Below, piece by piece: positions 27,046 through 36,395 of a stretch of DNA of 64,000 bases. The notes under the pieces were generated by a model, which did not search any database, had not been told where the DNA came from, and saw only the letters and a list, made by a program, of their open reading frames with translations. Location: contig CAJQPP010000032.1 in the NCBI GenBank assembly GCA_905480235.1, positions 4,127 through 68,126 of the forward strand, written 5' to 3'. Position 1 is the stretch's first letter. Every line of letters begins with the position of its first letter. The translations under genes and the position numbers were made by a program. Source of the DNA: an uncultured Pirellulaceae bacterium. Its GTDB lineage: Bacteria; Planctomycetota; Planctomycetia; Pirellulales; Pirellulaceae.

Positions 27046-28953
27046 ATGCCGCTTCGCCCCCGCACTTCGCGCGAACGATTTGCCGAGTTTTTAAAGCGGT
27101 TTCGCAGCGGATACTATTCGGGGATGCATGGTTCGGAAAAAGAGCCCGAAAGTGTATCCAAATCTCAACGCAAGAAGCTGAACCCTGAGGAACGAGAGAG
27201 ACGGCGTGACTATTTAAGACAGTACGCCCGAGAGTTGTGGCCGCACTGGAAAATGGTGGCCACCTTATTGGTACTGTCTCTGTTGGTCGCCGGTCTGGAT
27301 CTCATTCAACCGCTTTTTCTGCGGCATATCATCGATAAAATCCTGTTGATCGATGGTTCCGTGGAATCCAAATTGGCGGCCTTGCACACCATCGGCTTGA
27401 TCTACCTCGGTGTCGTGGTCGTCAGCCAATCTCTGGGTATATGGCGTAATTGGTTTCAACGTCTTTTGAATGTGCGGGTGATCCTCACCCTGAGACGCTC
27501 GCTATTCGAAAGAATGCTGAGGCTGCCACTCAATCGTCTGTCGGACATGAAGACCGGTGGGATCATTTCTCGCCTGACGGACGACATCAATACGACCACG
27601 GGATTGTTGCAGATGGCGGTCATATCGCCGGGTGTGGCTGCCATTCGTTTGGTGATCGCCATGATTATCTTGTTTGTGGTTAACTGGCAGTTAGCCTTAA
27701 CGGCGCTGGCCATTATCCCTCCAATCATGTTGATCAGTATGCTGGCGATTCGTCGGATCCGTCCCGTTTATCGAGCGATCCGAAAAGACGTTTCCTATGT
27801 GGATGGTCGTGTGGGAGAAGCGTTTCAGGGGATTCGTGCCGTTCGGGTTTTTTCAGGCGAGCATCGGGAAGAACAGGAGTACACCATCGGGCATCATTCG
27901 ATCACGCGGATGAAAATGTATGCTCGCAAGCGAGAAATTGTACTGTGGAGCAGTTGGGGATTTTTGATGTCCCTCGTTAGCGTGGTCATTATTTGGGTCG
28001 GTGGGTACTGGTATATTTATAAGCAGGCCACGATCGGAGATATCATGGCCTTTCAGGTTTACACGTTCATGTTGTTAAATCCGGTTTGGCAACTCGTTGA
28101 GTCGATGTCGGAATTGCAACGTTCGTTAGCCGCGATGGAGCGTGTTTTCGAGATCCTGAATCTGCCAGTGGATAAACCCGATCGTTCCAATGCGGTGCCA
28201 GCCCCTGTCGAAATCACCGAAGTGAAATTTGATCACGTTTGGTTTGCTTACGGAGATGATAAGCATGTCATCGAGGATTTCGATTTAACGGTTCCCGGTG
28301 GCAGCGTCATCGCACTCGTCGGACGGAGTGGTGCAGGCAAAACCACGGTCACGGATTTAGTGGCCCGTTTCTACGATCCGGTGAGGGGGCGCATTCTGTT
28401 AAATGGTATCGACCTTCGTGATTATCAACTGGATTCTTACCGCGAGCTGCTAGGTGTGGTTCAGCAAGAGGTCTTTTTATTCGATGGAACGGTGCGCGAG
28501 AACATTGCCTACGCCAATCGTGATGCTTCTCTCGATGATGTTTTAGCCGCCGCCCAGCGCGCCAACGCTCATGAATTTATTGTGGATTTGCCGGAGGGCT
28601 ACGATTCAATTATTGGTGAACGTGGTGTGAAACTATCGGGCGGTCAGCGACAACGATTGTCCATCGCGCGAGCTCTTTTGGCGCAGCCTCAGATTTTGAT
28701 CCTCGATGAAGCGACCAGCAACCTCGATACGGAAAGTGAGCAGTTAATTCAACAATCGATGGACGAGTTACTGAAGGATCGAACGACCTTTGTCATCGCT
28801 CACCGTCTGTCTACGATCACTCATGCCGATAAGATCGTGGTTATGGATTCTGGTCGCATTGTGGAGATCGGTCGCCACGAAGAATTGCTGGCCCGAAAAG
28901 GATATTATGCTGAGATGGTGCAACGCCAAAGTGAGGCGGTCGATCTGTTATAG
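27046..28953 (+). CDS. ABC exporter, fused permease/ATPase (MsbA-like lipid/multidrug exporter family)
   Basis: A six-TM N-terminal domain is followed by Walker A (GRSGAGKTT), the signature LSGGQRQR, Walker B (ILILDEATS) and an H-loop (AHRLST). Confidence 0.88.
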   Translation: MPLRPRTSRERFAEFLKRFRSGYYSGMHGSEKEPESVSKSQRKKLNPEERERRRDYLRQYARELWPHWKMVATLLVLSLLVAGLDLIQPLFLRHIIDKILLIDGSVESKLAALHTIGLIYLGVVVVSQSLGIWRNWFQRLLNVRVILTLRRSLFERMLRLPLNRLSDMKTGGIISRLTDDINTTTGLLQMAVISPGVAAIRLVIAMIILFVVNWQLALTALAIIPPIMLISMLAIRRIRPVYRAIRKDVSYVDGRVGEAFQGIRAVRVFSGEHREEQEYTIGHHSITRMKMYARKREIVLWSSWGFLMSLVSVVIIWVGGYWYIYKQATIGDIMAFQVYTFMLLNPVWQLVESMSELQRSLAAMERVFEILNLPVDKPDRSNAVPAPVEITEVKFDHVWFAYGDDKHVIEDFDLTVPGGSVIALVGRSGAGKTTVTDLVARFYDPVRGRILLNGIDLRDYQLDSYRELLGVVQQEVFLFDGTVRENIAYANRDASLDDVLAAAQRANAHEFIVDLPEGYDSIIGERGVKLSGGQRQRLSIARALLAQPQILILDEATSNLDTESEQLIQQSMDELLKDRTTFVIAHRLSTITHADKIVVMDSGRIVEIGRHEELLARKGYYAEMVQRQSEAVDLL

Positions 28954-29007
28954 ATCGCGACAGCGGTTGCGAGGCCGATTTCAATCAATTGGCGACGGCC
29001 GCCAGAA

Positions 29008-29844
29008 TTAGGATTTGGGCGAGGCCGTTGGGGGATCGTTTTCAGAGTCACCCTGATCCGTAAGGCGGATGAGTTTTGCAAGGCTCTTTTCCGCTTTGAC
29101 ATTTCCTTGCTCAGCCGCACGTCCGTACCAGACTTTGGCCCGTTCCAAATCACTGATCTCGCCTAGCGCATATTGAAAGTACATCCCCAGCATGTACTGG
29201 GAATCGGCATGCCCGGCATTGGCCGCCTTTTCGTACCAGCGAGTGGCTTCGACATGACTCTGTGGGACACCCAGACCAAATGCGTAGCAGTTGGCAAGTT
29301 CATGTTGTGATTCAGGATGTTGTCTGCGGGCTGCCAGATTTAACCACTCCACCGCTTTTTGCCAATCTTGAGGCAAGCCCATGCCATCGGACAAGCGGAT
29401 CGCCAAATCATGCATGGCTTCCAAGTCACCGCTCTCTGCTTCGTCGTTGAGTTGTTTGACCTCTTCTGGGGTCATGGGCGGTGGTGCCGCCGGCAGCAGA
29501 GTTTTTCGCAAGGAGGCAATCGCGGTCCACTGGTCACTGAAAATATTAAGGACTTCGTCAGCACGCACGAGGCGTAAAATTTTCAAGTTTGCTGCGGAAA
29601 TATTGCACAACGCCAAGGCAATCTCTTCGAGATCGCACTTCTTTTTCAACATGATCAATTGACCAATGGCCGAGGACGATAAAAAGCTGACATCTTGCAG
29701 GTCGATCAGTAATTGCGAGATGTTTGCGGTGTCGACAATGAATCCCAGTTTCCCTCGAATCTGTTGGGCGGCATCCTGTTCCTGAACATCGGTATCCCGT
29801 AGATGGATAACAAGTAATTCAGAGAGGTCATATTTGACGGCCAT
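29008..29844 (-). CDS. STAS domain protein (anti-anti-sigma-like) fused to Sel1/SLR repeats
   Basis: The N-terminal STAS core LIDLQDVSFLSSSAIGQLIMLKKK retains Ser at the position phosphorylated in SpoIIAA/RsbV. The C-terminal half has at least three Sel1-like repeats (AMHDLAIRLSDGMGLPQDWQKAVEWLNLAA; SQHELANCYAFGLGVPQSHVEATRWYEKAA; SQYMLGMYFQYALGEISDLERAKVWYGRAA). Confidence 0.75.
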   Translation of the reverse strand: MAVKYDLSELLVIHLRDTDVQEQDAAQQIRGKLGFIVDTANISQLLIDLQDVSFLSSSAIGQLIMLKKKCDLEEIALALCNISAANLKILRLVRADEVLNIFSDQWTAIASLRKTLLPAAPPPMTPEEVKQLNDEAESGDLEAMHDLAIRLSDGMGLPQDWQKAVEWLNLAARRQHPESQHELANCYAFGLGVPQSHVEATRWYEKAANAGHADSQYMLGMYFQYALGEISDLERAKVWYGRAAEQGNVKAEKSLAKLIRLTDQGDSENDPPTASPKS

Positions 29845-29855
29845 TGTTGGGTCCT

Positions 29856-31052
29856 TTAATCAGTTATCTCTATGGCCAGCATGGACATGTCATCTTTGAA
29901 ACCATCATTGCCTCCACACCAGGTTTCAATTTTTAGCATGGCTTGGTCAATACTGTCGTCAATGGAGTGAGAAACCGAACTGATTAACGAATCGACTAAA
30001 CGAGAATCCCCAAATTTTTCCTGGCTACTGTTCTCAGCATCGGCAACGCCATCGGAGTAAACACAAAGTCGGTCGCCTGGCGCTAATTGCAGTGTTTGTT
30101 GTTCCCACTGTCCGTCGCTTTTCCAGCCGACGGGAAAGCTTCGCATTTCGATCAATCGTGCCTCTTCGCCCGGTCGAATCAGGATGAATGGTGGATGTCC
30201 TGCGGACACATATTGAAGCTTGCAATCACGTTTGTCCAGTACGCCATAAAGAATCGTGAAAAAGTTCCCATCAAAATCTTCGGTCGGAAAACGTTGATTC
30301 AGTTCGTTGATCACCTGCAACGGGCTACTGACTTGGGGCTTAGCATTCTCCCCAACTCCTTGTTGGACCAGTAATCCATGGGCCAGCTTTTGGGGAGACA
30401 GTAATTGACTGATCGTAAACGACAATAATGCCGCTGCCACGCCATGTCCGCTCACGTCCGCGACGTAAAAACCGATCTTATTGGCATCTAATCGGAACAC
30501 GTTGAGATTGTCACCGGCCAGTTTTTCACAAGGCCGAAAGCTCCAAGCAAATTTGGCCGGGTTGGTATCCGGTAAATTATTGGGCAGCAATGATTGTTGT
30601 AGGCGGGCGGCAGCAACGAGATCGGTTTGCATGCGTTGGTTGGTATTGGCGAGATGTTCGTTCTTTTCCTGCAATTCACGCTGCAGATTAATAATTCGTT
30701 GTCCGGTTCTTAATCGCGCGCGAAGTTCATTGCGATCAAACGGCTTGTTCAGAAAATCGTCTGCCCCGGCATCCAAGCCTTTGACCAAATCCGATTTTTC
30801 CGTGCGTGAGGTAAGCAGAATCAGGTAAGGATACTGTTTGCCAGGAGCTTCCCTGATTTTTTTGATGAGTTTCAGCCCGTTCAGGTGCGGCATGTTCCAG
30901 TCGCTGATCATCAATTCGAAATTACCGGACCGGTAAATTTCCCATGCCTCTTGACCGTCCGTCGCAGTCGTTACATCAAATCCCCACTCGCTGATGAAAG
31001 ATTCAAGGAGATGTCGGGTGACTCGCTCGTCATCAGCGACCAGGATTTTCAT
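29856..31052 (-). CDS. response regulator receiver domain fused to a PP2C/SpoIIE-type Ser phosphatase (RsbU-like)
   Basis: The REC domain is MKILVADDE...DWNMPHLNGL...LLTS. The SpoIIE domain includes FYVADVSGHGVAAALLS and SAGHPP. There is no HATPase-type kinase domain. Confidence 0.85.
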   Translation of the reverse strand: MKILVADDERVTRHLLESFISEWGFDVTTATDGQEAWEIYRSGNFELMISDWNMPHLNGLKLIKKIREAPGKQYPYLILLTSRTEKSDLVKGLDAGADDFLNKPFDRNELRARLRTGQRIINLQRELQEKNEHLANTNQRMQTDLVAAARLQQSLLPNNLPDTNPAKFAWSFRPCEKLAGDNLNVFRLDANKIGFYVADVSGHGVAAALLSFTISQLLSPQKLAHGLLVQQGVGENAKPQVSSPLQVINELNQRFPTEDFDGNFFTILYGVLDKRDCKLQYVSAGHPPFILIRPGEEARLIEMRSFPVGWKSDGQWEQQTLQLAPGDRLCVYSDGVADAENSSQEKFGDSRLVDSLISSVSHSIDDSIDQAMLKIETWCGGNDGFKDDMSMLAIEITD

Positions 31053-31085
31053 AAGTTCTTCTAGTAAAGATTTGCGACAGGAAGG

Positions 31086-31430
31086 TTAAGGCGAACTGTT
31101 TCTGACAATTTCGATAAGCTCATCATTCATCAACTCCAGTTCAGTCCTCAAGTTGGCTAAAACAGCCTCCACGGCTTCTGGATCGGCGGCATTCACGTTC
31201 GCAACACGGGTCAATGATTCACGTGGAGTTTCGATCATGAAATTGGCAAGCACGCCTTTCAGTTTATGCAACACCGAGCTGACCTTGTCCGTATCCTGTG
31301 TGGCAAACGCCTGTCGCAAAAACTCCAGCAGCTCAGCACATTCCTCAAGGAACAGCTCTCGCAGTTGCTCCAACAATTCCAAGTCTGATTGTAACTGTGC
31401 TAACAGTTTTTCTTGGTTGATAATCGCCAT
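31086..31430 (-). CDS. Hpt (histidine phosphotransfer) domain protein
   Basis: It is a 114-aa helical protein with the HxxKG motif (VLHKLKGVLANF). It lies immediately upstream of the REC-PP2C gene on the same strand. Confidence 0.75.
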   Translation of the reverse strand: MAIINQEKLLAQLQSDLELLEQLRELFLEECAELLEFLRQAFATQDTDKVSSVLHKLKGVLANFMIETPRESLTRVANVNAADPEAVEAVLANLRTELELMNDELIEIVRNSSP

Positions 31431-31737
31431 TCTACTCGGTTACGGCCTGTAGGGTGTGAAAGAAAAAAACGGGCGGGTGAAATACGGATCACTGGGTCTC
31501 AACTTACGAAAGAAATGTTGCGAGTGCGACAGCGGGCGCCGGGTAAGGTTGCCATTAAGTGGCATTCCGCCATGTTAAAACCGTCGACTTGAATCGTTGG
31601 TCGAGGGTTTTGATTTTAGGGCAAATGACAGGCGGACGTCAAAACCCGCCTCAGGAAAGAAATTTATCCCGGTAAAGGAAGAATCGATCCCCTCGCATGC
31701 GTTGTCTGGCCGACCAAAGAAAATTCCGCCGTTGGTT

Positions 31738-34383
31738 TTAGCGGTCGGAGTAGACGTGGGTACTTTCCTCTTTGGATACCGCGGTTTCACGATCTTGGCT
31801 TTTCACGCTGACAACCGTGCGGTGATCGCCGACTTGAAGGGCACTGGCGGTTACGACAAACGAAATTTCCTGGCCAGGTTGCAAGGAAGGAATCGTATTG
31901 AGAGTGACAGTTTGGTTTTGAATTTGATTCCCGATCCCGCCCTGAACTTTGAGCGGTTTGATCGCTGCAGCAAAATCGACTTGGGCCTGAACATTTTTGG
32001 CTGGGATGTTGCCTTGGTTAACAATCCGTATCCGAAAATTCGTGTTGGTCCCGACTTCGATGGCGTCGGCTGTATCTTCGATGTCGAAATACAGTTCCGT
32101 TAATTGCTGCACGGCCAGTGGTTGGGTGGTCTGTTGACGAAGGTTTAGATCGGCCGCTGCTGTGATACCAATGTCCATTTGTCCGGTTGCGACCGGAAGG
32201 GTCGTCATTTGGACGGAACCCGCTTTTTGAGCATCGAGTTTCGCTAATCGCCAAACGACCGCGTGGTTGTTGCGATCATATTGTCCTTGGTTGTTGGCTG
32301 AGGTGAATTGCAAGCCACGGGGTAAACGAGCCACTAGTTGCACGTTGGTGGCGGGCGCTGTCCCATCATTCCCCAGAGTGATCGTGTGGGTCGCTTTTCG
32401 ATTCAGGAATTTTTTGTTGGGACCTTCGGATGAAAGTTTCAGCTTGGGAGCCGTGACACGAATATTGACCGTATCGGTGGCCCGCAAATTTCCTGCGCCA
32501 TGGGCGGCGAGAACATTCTGTGATTGCCCAACTTTGGCAGCTTGCAACGGCAGTTGCACACGGCGACTCTGGCCTGGCGGCAGAGTTCCAATGCTATATT
32601 CCAACTCTTTCTGACCCGTGGCAAAAGCCAGGCCTTCAGGAATATCTGTTTGCAAGATGATATTATCGGCGGCACCGTTTCCGTTGTTTTCAACGAAAAT
32701 GGTCATGTATAACTGCTGTCCAAGTAATACGCTGGCAGGTACCTCATGGCGAATACTCAGTTTCGGTTCTGTACAAACTGACTGAGCAGAAGCGACGGCT
32801 CCATAAGTCACATGGGCGACACTGCCTATATTGCCTGCCTGTTTGGGTAGGACTTTCATTTTGATGGATGTTTGTTGGCCAGGAGCCATGGCTCCTAGGG
32901 TCCAGGTGATTTGCCCGTTGGCGTTCGCTTGTGCGGGAGGGATTGTCTCCACCAGTTCGGTCCCCTGAGGGACGTGGTCATGAACCTGCACGTTGTCTGC
33001 AGCAGTGCGACCTGTATTTTTTACGATCAATTCGAAAATGGCTTCACGGTTGACTCGAATTTCTGGTGGGGCGATTTTTTGAACTGCCAGGGCCGGTAAT
33101 TGAACCCCTTCCAGAGAGCGGTCACCCGGCGTCGGTTGGGAGACGCTGTCGACACTGGCCGCAGCCATGGCGGCCATCGGAGCGGAACTCATGGCATTGC
33201 GCGGTTGTGGTGTGGCTACCGGGTTGATGCTACTGGCATTCCCCGTCGGAATACCGGAGCGACCGGCACTCGATGTTGATGGGTAAGCCGAAGAGGCCTG
33301 GGCCGTGTTGAACGGTTGAGATGCGGGTTGAGTCGGGGCGGTCGCGCGCGGCTGAGCCAATGGATTGGCAGTGTTGGGTGTCGCTCCGAATGAGCCAGCG
33401 TTCGGTGCAGGAGTCGATGTTCCGCCTGCAAAACTACTAGCGCTCTTGCCGGGTACTTGGGGTAACTCGTTCGCAATCGCGGCGGCGCCAACGGCTCCCG
33501 CTCCGATCGCCGCACCGGTCATATTGCGCTCGGGTTGGGTTAAAGGGGTCGCTGAAATATTTTGACCGGAAGTTTTTGGCTGAACCGGCGGCAATTGATT
33601 AGAGGGTCGGGAGTTCCCGGCAGACGCCGCGAAACCGGACGGTGGACTGAAGCCACTATTGGATTTTTTTTCCGCGTCAGTCGACGGTCGCATGGGTGGT
33701 AATAAAGACTTGCTGGAATCCGTTGTTGAGGCCGATGATTGCACCGGTGTTTTTGGTGAATCGAAAGAGCCGCCAAATGAATTGGAGGGTTGACTAGGTG
33801 GCTTGGCAGTCATGCCAGAGGGTGGTTGAGTCGCTTGGAAGGGTGGCAGAGTTGGGACACCAGATTGGGTATTGGGCGTGGGAGTTTTTTTGGCCGATTG
33901 GTTAAACTTTGGCGGTGCGGCAAATGGTTTCGCAGGAGCCTTTGACCCGCCGGCAAATTGGCCGCCGCCTGCGGACTGGAAGGCGCTGTTGGTTGCCTTG
34001 CCCTTATCATTGGACTGGAATCCGGGTAGGCCACCGCCACTTGATGTCTTGAAAGATTTTGCAGTGGAAAAATTCGAATTCCCGGTATCTGTCCCACCCA
34101 CGGTCGCGATTTTATTTTCGGGACTCGGATCTACCACTGGTACATCGTCGGCCTGGTTGGTCAGCGTTTCGGTTGTTTCGTTGTTCGCCGCCACCTCTGT
34201 TTTTTCTTGCTGGTTTTTAATCGAATGCATCACGGCAAACGATCCCAAGCCAAAAAAGAGACCGACTGCCGTGATTCTCAGGACCAGTGCTTTTGTAAAT
34301 CGTTTTCGTGTCGCCATTTCAGGCATCCTGGCAAAGAAGAAGGGGCCATGCATTAGCAAGAATGCACTTAGTTTCCGACGCAT
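31738..34383 (-). CDS. large membrane-anchored surface protein: N-terminal TM, roughly 400-aa Pro/Ser/Ala/Gly-rich region, C-terminal DUF11 repeats
   Basis: The TM helix is ALVLRITAVGLFFGLGSFAV. A long low-complexity tract follows. Repeated DUF11-like units come next (IFELIVKNTGRTAADNVQVHDHVPQGTELV; TIFVENNGNGAADNIILQTDIPEGLAF; TITLGNDGTAPATNVQLVARLPRGLQF; FRIRIVNQGNIPAKNVQAQVDF). The start is uncertain (ATGs at 34383, 34326 and 34317). Confidence 0.75.
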   Translation of the reverse strand: MRRKLSAFLLMHGPFFFARMPEMATRKRFTKALVLRITAVGLFFGLGSFAVMHSIKNQQEKTEVAANNETTETLTNQADDVPVVDPSPENKIATVGGTDTGNSNFSTAKSFKTSSGGGLPGFQSNDKGKATNSAFQSAGGGQFAGGSKAPAKPFAAPPKFNQSAKKTPTPNTQSGVPTLPPFQATQPPSGMTAKPPSQPSNSFGGSFDSPKTPVQSSASTTDSSKSLLPPMRPSTDAEKKSNSGFSPPSGFAASAGNSRPSNQLPPVQPKTSGQNISATPLTQPERNMTGAAIGAGAVGAAAIANELPQVPGKSASSFAGGTSTPAPNAGSFGATPNTANPLAQPRATAPTQPASQPFNTAQASSAYPSTSSAGRSGIPTGNASSINPVATPQPRNAMSSAPMAAMAAASVDSVSQPTPGDRSLEGVQLPALAVQKIAPPEIRVNREAIFELIVKNTGRTAADNVQVHDHVPQGTELVETIPPAQANANGQITWTLGAMAPGQQTSIKMKVLPKQAGNIGSVAHVTYGAVASAQSVCTEPKLSIRHEVPASVLLGQQLYMTIFVENNGNGAADNIILQTDIPEGLAFATGQKELEYSIGTLPPGQSRRVQLPLQAAKVGQSQNVLAAHGAGNLRATDTVNIRVTAPKLKLSSEGPNKKFLNRKATHTITLGNDGTAPATNVQLVARLPRGLQFTSANNQGQYDRNNHAVVWRLAKLDAQKAGSVQMTTLPVATGQMDIGITAAADLNLRQQTTQPLAVQQLTELYFDIEDTADAIEVGTNTNFRIRIVNQGNIPAKNVQAQVDFAAAIKPLKVQGGIGNQIQNQTVTLNTIPSLQPGQEISFVVTASALQVGDHRTVVSVKSQDRETAVSKEESTHVYSDR

Positions 34384-34557
34384 TCGCTATTTTCGCGGTC
34401 TTGGAATAGCAAAATCGTGGCTGCGTTAGCAAGTCCAATCGAAAAGGAATCAGCTTAATGAGCGCGCTTTACTTGCTAGCGATTCAGGATAAGAAGCGAC
34501 GTTCTGCGCTGGCAAGCGAATCGTCAATCCGAATTGAATGAGAGGGTGTTGTCGGTC

Positions 34558-35988
34558 TTAGTTACCGAGAAAACGTGACCACCGGCGTCCACCCTCTTCG
34601 TTGTCACCGTCGTCATTGGTGGCGGGTACGTTGTGAGATTCTATTTTGGCTTGTTGCCGGGTGATATCGTGCTGGATCGTTTCCAGTTCACGCCGTTCCT
34701 GGTGGATCTTTGCTCGTTCGATTGAGATTTCGATTTCCGCTCGACGGAGTTTTTCTTCCAGTTGAGTTTTTAAATCCTCCAGTTCGGGCGGTGTTTCGGA
34801 TTCCGATTCTGACAGCGTTGGCGCGGGCGTTTCTAATTTAGCTTCCGCTGCGTCTTGTGGTGTGGGTTGGTTTTGGGTTTTGGGGAGGGGTGCTTGCGTT
34901 TTAGATTCAGGCGAATCGAAACCATAGCCCTCCAAGATGGCCTTTTTTTGTTGTTCCCAGCTAGGCAATGCGGCCGGAATTGGCTGCTCCGTCGTAGGTG
35001 CGGGACGTTGGTTGGTTACAACAGGCATCATTTGCTTGATCGAGGTGACCAAGGAATCCAGCGTGGATTGTGTCTTGGTAACGCGTTCTGTCAGGGCATC
35101 GATTTGATGCCGGTAATCCAATTCGGTTGTGGATGGAGTCGGCGCGCGATTTTCAAGCAGCGCCATGAGGGCATCAATTTTGCAGGACATCTCAAGGATA
35201 GAGCTGCTGTCTTCATGTTCCTCGGACGAGGGCGAACTAATTTCATTGAATCGGTTTTCAATATTCGAGAAGGTGCCCAGCAGTTGAGTTATCCGATCGT
35301 CCATTTCATAAAGCGGAGAGTTCGATTCCACGCCCGGTATCGGTTGTGCCAATCGTTCTTCTAACGCATTGAATCTTTTTGACAGCAGCTCGATTGCTTG
35401 TCCGGTTCCATGCGTGGTGCCCAGTTTATCAAACTCCTCGACTAATAATTGGCCGAGCGCTGCAATTTGTTCAGTTGTATTGTCGGCCGCCGAGGCATTG
35501 GTATCCGTGCTTTTGAGAACTTCGATGTCTGCTTTTAGCTCTTTCAGAACCGCATGAATACAGCTCAGGTTACCTTCGTAGGTTCGATCTGATTGTTCGG
35601 TTGATAACCGAACCTGCTGTGCCAGCGCCTCCATTTGTTGGCCGAGTGCTCTTAGAATCTCATGTTCGATAGTGGGCGTGCGATCTTGTTGGTGCTGGGT
35701 TTGCAGATCGTTTTGCAGGCGTGCTAGTTCCGCGCGAAATTCGATAATTCGAGCATTCGCTTCGTGCCATAGATTCTGAGAATCGGGTGTCTGCAGCGTA
35801 TCGGATAGATCGGCAATACGCTGGGAAATCGAATCGATTTGCAGGAGCGAGTTTTCCGGGGAGTAGAAATCCTCACCTGAGTCGCTAATGGCCTCCGGCG
35901 GGGATTCGGAAGCATGGTATGGGGTATCTTTTGATGGTTGAGCCACATCCGATTTTTTGTTGGTGTTTTCGACTGTCATGGTAACCAT
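34558..35988 (-). CDS. hypothetical coiled-coil protein
   Basis: It is a long ORF with heptad-like, Gln/Glu/Leu-rich sequence throughout. I recognised no enzymatic motif. I chose the start at ATG 35988 (MVTMTVEN). The maximal ORF runs to 36147. Confidence 0.6.
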   Translation of the reverse strand: MVTMTVENTNKKSDVAQPSKDTPYHASESPPEAISDSGEDFYSPENSLLQIDSISQRIADLSDTLQTPDSQNLWHEANARIIEFRAELARLQNDLQTQHQQDRTPTIEHEILRALGQQMEALAQQVRLSTEQSDRTYEGNLSCIHAVLKELKADIEVLKSTDTNASAADNTTEQIAALGQLLVEEFDKLGTTHGTGQAIELLSKRFNALEERLAQPIPGVESNSPLYEMDDRITQLLGTFSNIENRFNEISSPSSEEHEDSSSILEMSCKIDALMALLENRAPTPSTTELDYRHQIDALTERVTKTQSTLDSLVTSIKQMMPVVTNQRPAPTTEQPIPAALPSWEQQKKAILEGYGFDSPESKTQAPLPKTQNQPTPQDAAEAKLETPAPTLSESESETPPELEDLKTQLEEKLRRAEIEISIERAKIHQERRELETIQHDITRQQAKIESHNVPATNDDGDNEEGGRRWSRFLGN

Positions 35989-36395
35989 CGTCTTGTTGTG
36001 GTGGGGGCCGTCGTCGCATGGAATAGTGTTTGCGGCTGGAAAGGCCTCAACGAATTGTCTTCCCGCGAATGTCCCTGCGAAAAATCCATGCTTGGATTCT
36101 CCCGGGAAAATTGCTTGAAACCCTACGTCGCAGCGAATGAAGGGCAAATTAAACCCGTCGTAATCAGATTCCCGGGGACGACGAGCGTTCGCAAGAGTTC
36201 ACGGAAAAACGTTGTTTTCCACGCATAATTAAGCCGTCAAGCGGTAGTTGGTGTGCGTCATTATCCCGGATAGAATCGGTCCACCCAGACGATTCGGGTT
36301 GGTCTGCAAAAAAAAAGATATCCCAATGATGTGGATTATGCGGATTGTCGGCTCTGCCACTGGGTTCCATTGAAAACGCTGAAACGGATTTACCT

